DNA from: a virus
Lineage: Duplodnaviria; Heunggongvirae; Uroviricota; Caudoviricetes
Strand: one strand, 5' to 3'
Length of the DNA stretch: 64,000 bases
IMG/VR virus record: IMGVR_UViG_3300032007_000002
The notes below the pieces were generated by a model. That model searched no databases. It worked only from the letters and a program-made list of their open reading frames with translations, and was not told where the DNA came from. Numbering within the stretch: the stretch's first letter is position 1; every line of letters starts with the position of its first letter. Below are positions 10,001 through 18,323 of this stretch, one piece after another. Made by a program: the position numbers and the translations under genes.

Positions 10001-10783
10001 GGCGAACTGGTTGCTTGCGCCACCTTCCGTGATCGGGAAGTAGAGCTTTTCGCCGACCGAGAAGGTCGGACGGGCACCGAGGGTCAGGGTGAGCGTCTTG
10101 CTGACCAGGTTGGTCTGGACGTCGACGATGTCGTAGGACTCGTAGGCGCGGTTGGCGCTGCTCGGGTCGCTGTTGATAATCGCAAAGAGGACGGTGTCGG
10201 TCGGAGCCTTCTTGCGTTCGTTGTCATACCAGCGGCATGCCTTGCTGTCGGTGAACTCTTCACCGGCGCTTACTGCGAAGTCAACGTTCTTGCCGGACTT
10301 CACAGTCTCGGCGATGTTGTTGATCTTGCGGCGCACGCCGAAATCGGCGGCAGCATCGGTCTTGAAGCGGGTTGCCGCGAAGTGCTTCATCTGGAAAGAG
10401 TTCTTCGGCTGTCCGTCATACCGGAAAGCGTTGCGGTCGTAGGTCACGACGAACGCATCGGACTTGAGGTCCCTCTTGTACGGGCTGGACTTGTCGATTT
10501 CTTCGCCGTAGGGGCGAACGAACTCAACCACGCCACCGTTGTCGATGACGCCACGGGCGGCATACAGGCCCTGGTTGTATTTGGCATTGTTGTAGCCATA
10601 TCCGAGTATGGCATCCATCGCGCCGGAGTTCGAGATGTTGAGGATCTTGTTCATCTCGCCTTTTGCGGCGAAACCAACAATACCGGCAATGGCGGACGGG
10701 TTCTGAACCTCGCCATAGGCGGAATTATCCTCGATCGAAAGCAGAACTCCAGGGGCGCACAGGTCACCCATCTTTGTAGCCAT
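7037..10783 (-). CDS. Contractile tail sheath protein (gp18-like) with large insertions
   Basis: N-terminal APGVLLSIEDNS / IVGFAAKG; C-terminal CEARKDCFALL, FWYPPAG, VNP, FWGDWTL, FDLNTPEVR, CICNETNN, IRPTKTARWI. Confidence 0.92.
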   Translation of the reverse strand: MATKMGDLCAPGVLLSIEDNSAYGEVQNPSAIAGIVGFAAKGEMNKILNISNSGAMDAILGYGYNNAKYNQGLYAARGVIDNGGVVEFVRPYGEEIDKSSPYKRDLKSDAFVVTYDRNAFRYDGQPKNSFQMKHFAATRFKTDAAADFGVRRKINNIAETVKSGKNVDFAVSAGEEFTDSKACRWYDNERKKAPTDTVLFAIINSDPSSANRAYESYDIVDVQTNLVSKTLTLTLGARPTFSVGEKLYFPITEGGASNQFASATVLSIDEFDVSVSPDDSSYLESYNRPSVAFYCSDATAVADGFDYLTVKTAVAGRGAKTFTVMNIADFAAGERFSVKDSLPNGSCIIVNDANNGIIPVRIINNEFNSLGAISFKTTDVDGNALPAGVFRIENADGNVTLFDGDVITVKFIVSSSGAYTEYSTTAVTVTNAAKYLCTPNEELDGSGLDSIAVESSYISEFSEKVDSVFADISDAKSWGDVVKTIAKAFRTSAVGYNNRAVVNDIVTFDLKANKLKLDTSAALEYAVGDSVAVVLGSGTTKVNTEAEITEFMEKWHNPVVGTAKITAINVMTGEITLDALPEGMDDTAGEHFYQLIDLTGAAMDVYASAHTIETVLTLDDTTWSEVSGGVETYGVECSKMAIENTDLDGKVQVGDVLAITDGDNSYIDPDPQTFTVVGLTGGFVIVKDPLKKLRGEGISYTVQFTKSVDIGQFFVVGAYSLYVPTAAQNAAQFSLTTQGKALATDTGALLVTDTNLVLVADYDGKAYINPGMGKDQYIVEKSSKCLASAEIGATFLGLGLATTKYEDVEFTGNPKQVYALTADGENVARLFLNVQYRFNGNVYEFEGTVVPYVLNGQTQLSIEYAAGFELADTGVSFLLNESGVLDNFLDNNSYDLSQTIYNGVLDGSSTCISFNPDDPAIVNDAVWVYQPANNMSTSTLATVWNLFLDKDGSDVSFLVSAGTNINNFGMKDIETLNTQVMSAIMTVCEARKDCFALLGGIGEAEIAKALKKYDGATSFPTTLGRWAALYDGKGRVMDNFYTHNVVDIDKSVQIAALVTANRSGSIFWYPPAGKKKGGVPSAWGTSEKYPRRYSYPEDTTSDIARLINIHVNPTRCTKKGNFFWGDWTLQMEDTAFNQIHVAMLVAGIHKMYYHYLDNYVFDLNTPEVRADIQSTIQASLDSIKNARPSGFYMAECICNETNNPQPVIDQGKLNVWLRIRPTKTARWIQLKTELVKTENGNQVTTALI

Positions 10784-10816
10784 GATTTCCTCTCAGGTTG
10801 GTGATTTTACGCTTCT

Positions 10817-10871
10817 AGTTTAATAGGTGGGCACGTTTTTTCGTGGCATGCCGGCACCGGGGATATAAACT
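10817..10871. promoter_or_regulatory. Divergent pair of late-type promoters (ATTAAACT on minus, TATAAACT on plus)
   Basis: Motifs at 10817-10824 and 10864-10871 face the sheath gene and the 10910 gene. Confidence 0.7.
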
Positions 10872-10909
10872 ATGGTCGAAAACCACACAAAACGCCCGAA
10901 AGAGGAACC

Positions 10910-11974
10910 ATGGACGGAGTCGCAGTAAACGAAGAACTGAACAACATCAAGGACCGTTTCCCGGAGGAAACCGCCCTGGTCGAAAGTGTGCAGAAGCTGT
11001 TCAACAAGGAAGTGCAGATTATCTCGGACCGCAGCATCAGGGCCCTGAAAGCCTTCCCGATGCAGTTCACGAAGCGAATTCCGACAGCCGACGGCGAATG
11101 GACGACCCAGTTGCACATCTGGGCGGATAACCAGGTCGCCGAACTGCTCGACATCGACCCGCTCGTCCTCACCGCCCGCAACTCGGACGGCGAATGTGTC
11201 CTCATGAGCCTCCTCATGGCGGCAACTGGCCGCTTCACACAGCAGGTGAACTATCCGCTCATCCAGAAAATCCTCGACAAGGACATGCAGTTCCAGTATC
11301 TGACCGAGCCAGGCGACGAAAGCTCGGTCCAGACCGGCAACGTGTGGGACGAGGAAGACCTCGACCACAAGACCCCGCTCGAATACCTCGCCGACTTCGC
11401 GAAGGGAACTGGCGTCTTCGGCGGATGTGGGCAGGATCCCCTCGTGAGACAGATGCTCGAAAACTTTGCAGACCGCCCCGAACCGGACAATGGCCCCGGC
11501 GAACCGCTTTCCGACCCCAACTTCGATGAAAACCAGGCCAAGAAGGCCATCGAACAGTCGGAAGCCCAGCTCGCGACAACCGCGGAGACCAACCCGCAGA
11601 ATATTCCTACTGCGGACCAGATTGTCCAACAGCAGGAACAGGCCCAGCAGCCTGCCGCACCGGCACAGCCGGCAGCACCTGCCCAACCTGTCCAGCAAGC
11701 AGCACAGCAACCCCAGCCAGTCGCACAGCAACCGGCACAGCAGGTACAGCCTGCCCCTGTCCAAGCTCCGGCTCCGGCACCCGCACCGACCCAAGCTCCT
11801 GCACCGGCCCCGGCACCCGCCGAAGAGCCGACCGTTTCGGTCCGTGAACGCTGTAAGCAAATCCTCGAAAGCAACCCAACCGTGAACGACCCGGATGCTG
11901 CCCCGATCGCCGGAAGCAAGAAACTGCTCGAAGCGCTCGTCACCATCGGGAAGAACACAATAGACTTCTCGTAA
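10910..11974 (+). CDS. Ankyrin-like repeat protein with a Q/P/A low-complexity linker
   Basis: DGEWTTQLHIWA, RNSDGECVLMSL and DLDHKTPLEYLA resemble ankyrin hairpin-helix motifs; GAGG RBS. Confidence 0.5.
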   Translation: MDGVAVNEELNNIKDRFPEETALVESVQKLFNKEVQIISDRSIRALKAFPMQFTKRIPTADGEWTTQLHIWADNQVAELLDIDPLVLTARNSDGECVLMSLLMAATGRFTQQVNYPLIQKILDKDMQFQYLTEPGDESSVQTGNVWDEEDLDHKTPLEYLADFAKGTGVFGGCGQDPLVRQMLENFADRPEPDNGPGEPLSDPNFDENQAKKAIEQSEAQLATTAETNPQNIPTADQIVQQQEQAQQPAAPAQPAAPAQPVQQAAQQPQPVAQQPAQQVQPAPVQAPAPAPAPTQAPAPAPAPAEEPTVSVRERCKQILESNPTVNDPDAAPIAGSKKLLEALVTIGKNTIDFS

Positions 11975-12369
11975 TGAAACTCATTTTCTGTTCATTTCCG
12001 CTTTTCAATGAAATACTCCCCTCGCTAGACAGTGAGGGGATGTCTCTCCTGCACACAATGATCGGCAAGAACGACTATTCCACGAAAACCGTGGCATACC
12101 TTGTCGGCTCAAATGCAAAGAACGCCCTCCTCGGGGCGGTCATCTTCTCGCATACCGGGGACACCGGCGCGATCCATACATTGTGTGTCAGGGATGGCAT
12201 TCAAAAGAAAGGCCTTGGCACCCGTCTTGTGGACAGTGTCAAGGCCGGGTGTGCCACCGTAACCGTAAACGGGATACACACCGCATTAGATTTCTACAAG
12301 AAACTGGGGTTCGTTCCGGTCGATAAAGACGATCCGGGACCGGTCATTCCCCTTGTTTGGCATCGCTGA
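11974..12369 (+). CDS. GNAT-family acetyltransferase
   Basis: LCVRDGIQKKGLGTRLV (acetyl-CoA binding motif A) and ALDFYKKLGF. Confidence 0.88.
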   Translation: MKLIFCSFPLFNEILPSLDSEGMSLLHTMIGKNDYSTKTVAYLVGSNAKNALLGAVIFSHTGDTGAIHTLCVRDGIQKKGLGTRLVDSVKAGCATVTVNGIHTALDFYKKLGFVPVDKDDPGPVIPLVWHR

Positions 12370-13120
12370 AAAGCCCTTCCCGCATATCGTCAAACGCTAG
12401 AACCATAATCGGCTCCGGCTTGCCGTCCTTGACCCACTTGGTCAAGATTTCGTCGATTTTCTTTTCAGTATCGTCGCCGAACTGCGCCCTCATCAATTCG
12501 ACGCATTTGCCGTATTCATAGACGGGGACGGTATCGACCTGCATAGAGCATTCCGGGTCCGGGATGCCGGCATCCAACGCATCGGCTATGCCAATCATCG
12601 CCTCGCGAGGAAACTCTGGAATAATGCCCCCGACCTCGTTTTCTTCGAGTTTGTCGTCACGTTCACCTGGCTCAAAGGCATCATACATCACCGGGGCGCT
12701 TTCATGCAGATAAGGGAGCGACCTCTTGGTATTGTAGTCGAACCATTCCATGGCGTCCGTGTATGCACGGTCCTCCGGGGTCTCGCCTTCGTCAAGTTCA
12801 TCCGCGTTCGGAGTAAATGTCTTGGCAAGCTCGTCGATGCAACGGGAGCTCTCATATACGGAAACTACAACCGTTTCCAGTTTCTGGTTATCCGTGAGCT
12901 TGACTTGCTCCCCGTATTTTACGCGAGAGTAAGTCGGGCGCTTGACATCCTTCGGCTCCACTACGTAGGTAAACTTCGCCGTGCCAATCATCGCACCCTC
13001 CATATCATGAAGGAGGATGACATGTCCGGCCTCGTTATCCCGCTCGCAGGCAACCTTAATCCTTGCCTGGACTTCCTGTGACAGTGAGGCGATATATGCC
13101 TCGTCTTCGGAATTAGACAT
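12344..13120 (-). CDS. Phage hypothetical protein with an internal domain duplication
   Basis: AMIG...VYE..C.....P unit occurs twice; GGAG RBS before MSNSED. Confidence 0.75.
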   Translation of the reverse strand: MSNSEDEAYIASLSQEVQARIKVACERDNEAGHVILLHDMEGAMIGTAKFTYVVEPKDVKRPTYSRVKYGEQVKLTDNQKLETVVVSVYESSRCIDELAKTFTPNADELDEGETPEDRAYTDAMEWFDYNTKRSLPYLHESAPVMYDAFEPGERDDKLEENEVGGIIPEFPREAMIGIADALDAGIPDPECSMQVDTVPVYEYGKCVELMRAQFGDDTEKKIDEILTKWVKDGKPEPIMVLAFDDMREGLFSDAKQGE

Positions 13121-13139
13121 TTTGTATCTCCAATTTTTA

Positions 13140-13289
13140 TTACGGTTCCACGGCCATCGTTCGCAGCGTTTCCATGTGCTCATCGACTTTCGCGGCTTCG
13201 GCAAATGCCCGGTCAGCGGCTTCCGGGTCCGCCCCCTGGCTTGCCATGACTTCGGCCTGCTCGGGGGAAATCCCGAACAGGTCGGCCAA
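13140..13289 (-). CDS. Small hypothetical protein (LADLFGISPEQAEVM...)
   Basis: Fills the gap after the gp62-like gene; probable TTG start just after its stop. Confidence 0.45.
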   Translation of the reverse strand: MADLFGISPEQAEVMASQGADPEAADRAFAEAAKVDEHMETLRTMAVEP

Positions 13290-13290
13290 C

Positions 13291-13707
13291 TTACTTGCCT
13301 TTTCTGAACTTGGGGTACTTGGCCTGGATGACATCGTAGGCCTCCTCCACATACTTCCGGTCAATGACACCGGCCTTGACATTAGCCCAGGCGGAATTGT
13401 GCGACATGTCATAGACAACCATCACCTTGTTGATGAAGGCATCGCGGGCCGCAAGGACTTCGGTCTTCGCCCTGCACCACCGGTTGTCAACCTGCATGCC
13501 GCCAAGCGCCTTGAACGTCTTGGCCTGGAGTTCAAGCGGCAGCTTCGTAAAGTTGGTATTGTTGAGACCGTTCGCGATCTTGATGTACCTGCGGTCCATG
13601 GAAAGGGACTGCAAGACATTGTATGCCTTGAACTCGCCGATTTCCGCATCGCTCAGCGGGAGCTTCTCGATACGGTTATTCAGAAAGGTAAACGCATTGA
13701 ACCCCAT
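13291..13707 (-). CDS. Clamp loader small subunit (gp62-like)
   Basis: Follows gp44; FKAYNVLQSLSM, IANGLN, LPLELQ and VMVVYDMS pattern. Confidence 0.75.
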   Translation of the reverse strand: MGFNAFTFLNNRIEKLPLSDAEIGEFKAYNVLQSLSMDRRYIKIANGLNNTNFTKLPLELQAKTFKALGGMQVDNRWCRAKTEVLAARDAFINKVMVVYDMSHNSAWANVKAGVIDRKYVEEAYDVIQAKYPKFRKGK

Positions 13708-13716
13708 CGGCTCCCC

Positions 13717-14943
13717 CTATTGACGGCCCATGCCGTTCTGGCCCGACCAATGTTGCGGCTGGGCGCCCTGCTGGGCATACTGGACGCGCTGCTGCGGTTG
13801 TGGCTGTGCCTGGACCTGCGGGCGAGGTTGCATCTGTTGTTGCGGCTGTGCCTGCTGCATCGCGGCAAGCTGTTCGGCGGTAAGTTCCGGCGCCTTCTGC
13901 GGTGTCTGGAACCAGCCTACCTGATGGACAAGCATCGCGGTGGCGGACAGGTAACCAAACAGCATCGTTTCCGGGTCAACCTGGCCACGGGTGTCCGCGA
14001 GTGCATCCGCAGTAATCTTGCCGAACGAGAACAGGCCACGGTCGTTGATACGGTCGAACGCATATTTGCTGAACGGGATGTAAATGCTCATGGGGTCTTC
14101 CACATTGGAAGACAGATACATTCTGAGGCCACGGGGATCGTTGCGAATGACATAGTTCCAAATGTCGGCGATGGTCTGGGCGCTCGCGAAAATGCTGGGC
14201 CTGCCGACCACGTTTCCGCCATTCTTGAGGAAGGTCACGTGGAGGCTCACAATCATCGAGCGGATGTCCGGGTAGCATGCGTTGAACGTGTCGATAATCG
14301 TCTGGCGCTCATAGCGGCCGTTGACCGCAGCCACTTCCTGCTTCACGATAAATTCGAGGCGTTCGAAGATGGAGCGCTTGTAGAACTTGATTTCGTCATC
14401 GGTGCAACCGTGCAAAGAGAACTCGATGGGGATGCAGCGGGACTTGATGGCCGGGCGAACTTGCCAGATGTCGTTACAGGTCAGGATGAAACGGAGGGTC
14501 GCGGTCGAGGATTCGATTACCGACTGAAGTTCCTTGAAGAACTTCTCCGGGTTGAGCGCCTTGTCCACTTCGTCGATAATCACGAAACGCGGCTTGCCGT
14601 CGCTCACGCGGAACATCTTGTACTGTTCAATTTCGTTAATCACCTCGCTGGCCTTGCCATAGAGGAACTTGCTTTCCGTCCCGAGGATGTTCGGGATTGC
14701 CCTGGCAAGACTGGTCTTGCCGGTTCCCGGGCTGCCGGAATACAGGACATAGTTTCCGAAACTATTGAGTCGGAGGGCCGTATCGACCATGCGCCGGATT
14801 GACGGCGGGAGGATAATTTCATTGAGGGTCTTCCCTCGGTATTTTTCTTCCCACGGAAGGGAGAGTGGGGTTTCCTTGGACGGGTCCGCTTGCTTTGCAG
14901 CAGCGACCTGCGCACCCTTGGCAGTAAGCAAACTTGAAGACAT
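13717..14943 (-). CDS. Clamp loader AAA+ subunit (gp44/RFC-like) with a Gln-rich tail
   Basis: WEEKYR, Walker A GSPGTGKTS, Walker B IIDEVD, FILTCN, SRC motif, YPDIR. Confidence 0.93.
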   Translation of the reverse strand: MSSSLLTAKGAQVAAAKQADPSKETPLSLPWEEKYRGKTLNEIILPPSIRRMVDTALRLNSFGNYVLYSGSPGTGKTSLARAIPNILGTESKFLYGKASEVINEIEQYKMFRVSDGKPRFVIIDEVDKALNPEKFFKELQSVIESSTATLRFILTCNDIWQVRPAIKSRCIPIEFSLHGCTDDEIKFYKRSIFERLEFIVKQEVAAVNGRYERQTIIDTFNACYPDIRSMIVSLHVTFLKNGGNVVGRPSIFASAQTIADIWNYVIRNDPRGLRMYLSSNVEDPMSIYIPFSKYAFDRINDRGLFSFGKITADALADTRGQVDPETMLFGYLSATAMLVHQVGWFQTPQKAPELTAEQLAAMQQAQPQQQMQPRPQVQAQPQPQQRVQYAQQGAQPQHWSGQNGMGRQ

Positions 14944-14972
14944 TATATACCACTCGATAAAGTTTCTCGATG

Positions 14973-14995
14973 AAATATAGCAAAATCGCTAAACT
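14973..14995. promoter_or_regulatory. Back-to-back class 1 promoter (minus, for gp44) and TAAACT promoter (plus)
   Basis: AAATATAGCAAAA at 14973-14985; GCTAAACT at 14988-14995. Confidence 0.7.
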
Positions 14996-15001
14996 ATGTG
15001 C

Positions 15002-15319
15002 ATGGATAGGTCTTTCCCCAAATTCATCGCATCATTGGATGTCCTCGATCCGCAACTAAAGGCCAAAATCGGGACCCGCTACGAGTCATATCTCGAAGCG
15101 CTCGCCACCGACGTAATGCCGCAACAGGCAATCCCGGACATCGGGACCTGCGTCAACCTGCAGGTCGATAACCCGTATTTCGATGAAAAGACTTCAATAA
15201 AGGGAAAGCGTAAGGAAATCGCCGAGGAAGCAAAGCACAACCGGGGCGGGGCTACCAATTACCCGAAACCGGGAAGGACTACCCTCGGCCTGCCGGATAA
15301 CTGCACGGCGATTAGATAG
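15002..15319 (+). CDS. Small hypothetical late protein
   Basis: Fills the gap between gp44 and the polymerase; TAAACT 6 nt upstream of the ATG. Confidence 0.7.
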   Translation: MDRSFPKFIASLDVLDPQLKAKIGTRYESYLEALATDVMPQQAIPDIGTCVNLQVDNPYFDEKTSIKGKRKEIAEEAKHNRGGATNYPKPGRTTLGLPDNCTAIR

Positions 15320-18254
15320 CCTTCTTCTTCCTCGGACGGCAGAGGAGATTCTTCACTGCCTCGGATTCATCAAATTCAAGCTCTTCCGGCCATCCGACGG
15401 CCTTGAACAGGCGGCCCAGAACCTGGGCAACGCTCATCTTCCAGTGCTTCTCCCAGTCAGGCGTGAAGAGTTCAAGCAGGTGCGGAGGCATCTCGTCGCC
15501 GGTGTAGCAAATCACCGTGACGCCATACAGCGTGTCGGCCTTCTTGACGAACTTCATCTTGTCGCCGGCAGCAATCGGTTCATACGGGAACTGCGAAAGG
15601 ACCGGATCGAACTCGATGAGGTAGTTCCACACGGCAGCGGCCCTGCGACGCCAGTCAACCCTGGCAAGCTGTTCCTTCGGCATCCTGTACATCTCGGCGA
15701 GCGTAGGCGGCTCTTCCTTGACGCCGGACGGGCAGGACAGGTGGGTGAAGTCGTTCTTCTTGACGAGCTCGTAGTATTCGCGCTTCATTTCGAGGAGACG
15801 GTCACGCACCACCTTCTTGTCCATGGTGTTCAGCATGAGCGTCACCATGTCCATCATACGTTCGCGGGAGAACAGCGTGGTGGAGCTTCGGACGATTTCG
15901 AGACCGGTGATTGCGAACTCGGGCTTGACTTCGAGGGTTCCCTTGATCCACTTGCCGTTTTCCTTGTGGCCCTTGTCGAGATAGACAATATCTTCCATGC
16001 TCTCCACGAGACAGATATACTTCTTTTTCGCCGTGACAATGGCCTTGTGGATGCACTTTTCACGTTTGAGGAACAGCTCGTTGACGAAGTAGTTCCACTG
16101 CTGTGCGTAGGCGAGCATGAACTCGTCCAGCTTCTCTTCGAGAGCGACCGCGTCGAACATGCGGCAGAAGTCCGTCATGCGGTAGCGGTTGTAGATGATG
16201 CGGACATCGCCGTCCTGGACGATGCCGTCGGCGAACATAATCTGCATCTTCGTGAACCCGGTCTTCTCGTCCGGGACGCGGTTGCCCGGATCATTCCAGA
16301 CACCCGGCGCATACATCTTGCAGGCAGCCGCAAAGAACTTCTTCGCATCGTTTTCCTGTTCGACGGTAAATACCTTGGACAGGAAGCGCTGGTGTCCGCG
16401 GAACGCGACAATCTCGATGTTCTTTCCGGTGTGCGTTTCGAAGCCTTCCATGATGTCGCCGAACTTCACGAAGAATGAATCGGTATCGCCGTGGGACATG
16501 CGGCGCTGCTGTACGACGCCTTCGGAGTCAACTTCGGTGCCGACAAATGCCGGTTCGATCCTCGGGACATATCCGAACGTGTCGTAGAACCGCTTGTCTT
16601 CGACAAGCTCCTCGTTGATATACTTCGCCATGCCGTTGATGGTATACTTGATGAGCTGCTGGCCGTAGGCGGTAATTGATGCCGCGTTGTCCACGTCGTA
16701 GAGCGGGAAGAACGGGGAACCGAGCAAGCCGTAGAGGGAGTTGCCGAGCACCTTGTACACCTTCTGCATCATGTCGTAGACGCCGGTCATTTCCGCATCG
16801 CCCGCCTTCTTCGCGGCCTTCATCTTCTTCTTCAAGTTGGAACGGCCATCGAACAGAAGCCTCGTGACTTCCGGCACTACACCGACCTTGTCCTTTCGGA
16901 AGAATACCTGATACTGGCCGTTGTGTGTCCACGGAGAACGGATAAGGTTCTTCAATTCCTCTTCCGGGACCTGGTAGTCGATGGGGTAGACCACCTTCAT
17001 TTCCGGCGAGGTGTTGAACGTCATCATGATGGACGGGTAAAGGGAACGGTAGTCGTATGAGACCAGTTTTTCCTTGTAGCCCGGGATAGCATACACGAAC
17101 GCGCCAGGAAACTCCTCCTTTTCCTGTGCGCGTAATGGCGGGAATGTTCGACCTGTCTTGTGCAGATGGTTCAGGACAAACCCGACCAGCATTTTCTTCG
17201 ACTCGAACACGAACGAGAACGGAACCCTGGCTTCCGCAGATGCGGAGACCGCCAGGTGGAACATCTTTTCCTTCTGTTCGATCTTCTTCAGGAGGCGGAC
17301 GTCCTGCATGTTATACAGGATGAACATGTCCCAGTGGTTCTTCCAGGACAGGTAGCCTTCGGGAAGCGGAGCCTTGTGCTCGCCGACCGTGATTTCGCCG
17401 ATGTAGTCCAATTTGTAGGACGGCTGTTCGGAGAAGGTGTACTTGCGGTAGAGGTCGAGGAAGTCGATGACTTCCGTGCCCGCGATGTGGAGGTCGCCGT
17501 CTCGCTGGTCAACCCATGCACGCTTCTCGGCAGCCGGGAGCCTGGACATGAGCTTGAGCGGGATCTTCAACTTCGCCGCTCTGTTGACCATGTAGGTAGT
17601 ATCGTATGTGAAGTTCCAGCCGGACAGGATTGACACGTTGTTGTTGCCAATCTCGGTGAACAGCCTGGTCAGGAGTTCGCCTTCGGTCTTACAGAGGACA
17701 TAGCGGCCGTTGTCCTTGGCCATCTCGTCCTTCACCGACTGGCTGACGTCCTTCGCCACGCCGTAGGTGATATAGTTGTCCGTCTTGGAAAAATAAATCG
17801 TTACGCAGTTGATCGGGTAAGCGGCCACGCTCGCGCGTGGAAACTTACCGGTGGTCTCCACCTCAATATCGAGGAAGCAGAGGTTGATTTTCGACATGTC
17901 TGCTTTGAGCATGCCGGCGTTTGCATAGAAGCGGGAAAGGAACCTCGCCCTCGGGTCGATGTCGATTTCTGCAAGGTGGTTGCGCGGACCGGAGAACTGA
18001 TGTCGGATTTCCCTCTCGTCCTTCGTATGCCGCTGGACGGCAAACATCTCGTTGCCGTAAATGTCGCGCATGCCGCACGGTTTTGCGCCGAATTGTCCCC
18101 GTATATTGGTATAGAACGTGTTGATGTTCTGCAACACGTCCATAGTGCCATCCATGTACCACAGGAACATTCTGTCCTTTTCCGGGTCATGGTAGATGGC
18201 CTCCCACATTTTGGGAGTTTTTGTTTCTGTATTAGATACAGGTATCTCCGGCAT
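15312..18254 (-). CDS. Family B DNA polymerase (T4 gp43-like)
   Basis: Exonuclease motifs FLDIEV, SGWN and YNMQDV; polymerase motifs DYRSLYPS, KVLGNSLYG, HGDTDS, KKKY, GLEIVRSST. Confidence 0.97.
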   Translation of the reverse strand: MPEIPVSNTETKTPKMWEAIYHDPEKDRMFLWYMDGTMDVLQNINTFYTNIRGQFGAKPCGMRDIYGNEMFAVQRHTKDEREIRHQFSGPRNHLAEIDIDPRARFLSRFYANAGMLKADMSKINLCFLDIEVETTGKFPRASVAAYPINCVTIYFSKTDNYITYGVAKDVSQSVKDEMAKDNGRYVLCKTEGELLTRLFTEIGNNNVSILSGWNFTYDTTYMVNRAAKLKIPLKLMSRLPAAEKRAWVDQRDGDLHIAGTEVIDFLDLYRKYTFSEQPSYKLDYIGEITVGEHKAPLPEGYLSWKNHWDMFILYNMQDVRLLKKIEQKEKMFHLAVSASAEARVPFSFVFESKKMLVGFVLNHLHKTGRTFPPLRAQEKEEFPGAFVYAIPGYKEKLVSYDYRSLYPSIMMTFNTSPEMKVVYPIDYQVPEEELKNLIRSPWTHNGQYQVFFRKDKVGVVPEVTRLLFDGRSNLKKKMKAAKKAGDAEMTGVYDMMQKVYKVLGNSLYGLLGSPFFPLYDVDNAASITAYGQQLIKYTINGMAKYINEELVEDKRFYDTFGYVPRIEPAFVGTEVDSEGVVQQRRMSHGDTDSFFVKFGDIMEGFETHTGKNIEIVAFRGHQRFLSKVFTVEQENDAKKFFAAACKMYAPGVWNDPGNRVPDEKTGFTKMQIMFADGIVQDGDVRIIYNRYRMTDFCRMFDAVALEEKLDEFMLAYAQQWNYFVNELFLKREKCIHKAIVTAKKKYICLVESMEDIVYLDKGHKENGKWIKGTLEVKPEFAITGLEIVRSSTTLFSRERMMDMVTLMLNTMDKKVVRDRLLEMKREYYELVKKNDFTHLSCPSGVKEEPPTLAEMYRMPKEQLARVDWRRRAAAVWNYLIEFDPVLSQFPYEPIAAGDKMKFVKKADTLYGVTVICYTGDEMPPHLLELFTPDWEKHWKMSVAQVLGRLFKAVGWPEELEFDESEAVKNLLCRPRKKKAI

Positions 18255-18260
18255 ATTCGG

Positions 18261-18273
18261 AAATATAGCAAAA
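18261..18273 (-). promoter_or_regulatory. Class 1 promoter TTTTGCTATATTT, probably giving a leaderless polymerase mRNA
   Basis: Exact motif; TATATT hexamer 7 nt from the ATG with no SD sequence. Confidence 0.75.
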
Positions 18274-18323
18274 AACGGACCGGCATTGCCAGTCCGATTT
18301 AATTTTTCTGCGCAAGCGAACAG

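Noticed and set aside
11620-11830. Repetitive CAG/CCG tract as a CRISPR array or tandem-repeat element
   Set aside because: Imperfect in-frame Q/P/A coding repeats with no fixed repeat-spacer periodicity.
15312-18254. Intein or intron in PolB (also considered for helicase, UvsX and UvsW)
   Set aside because: The insert lacks the C/S start, the HN-C/S/T end and LAGLIDADG motifs, and the reading frames are continuous.
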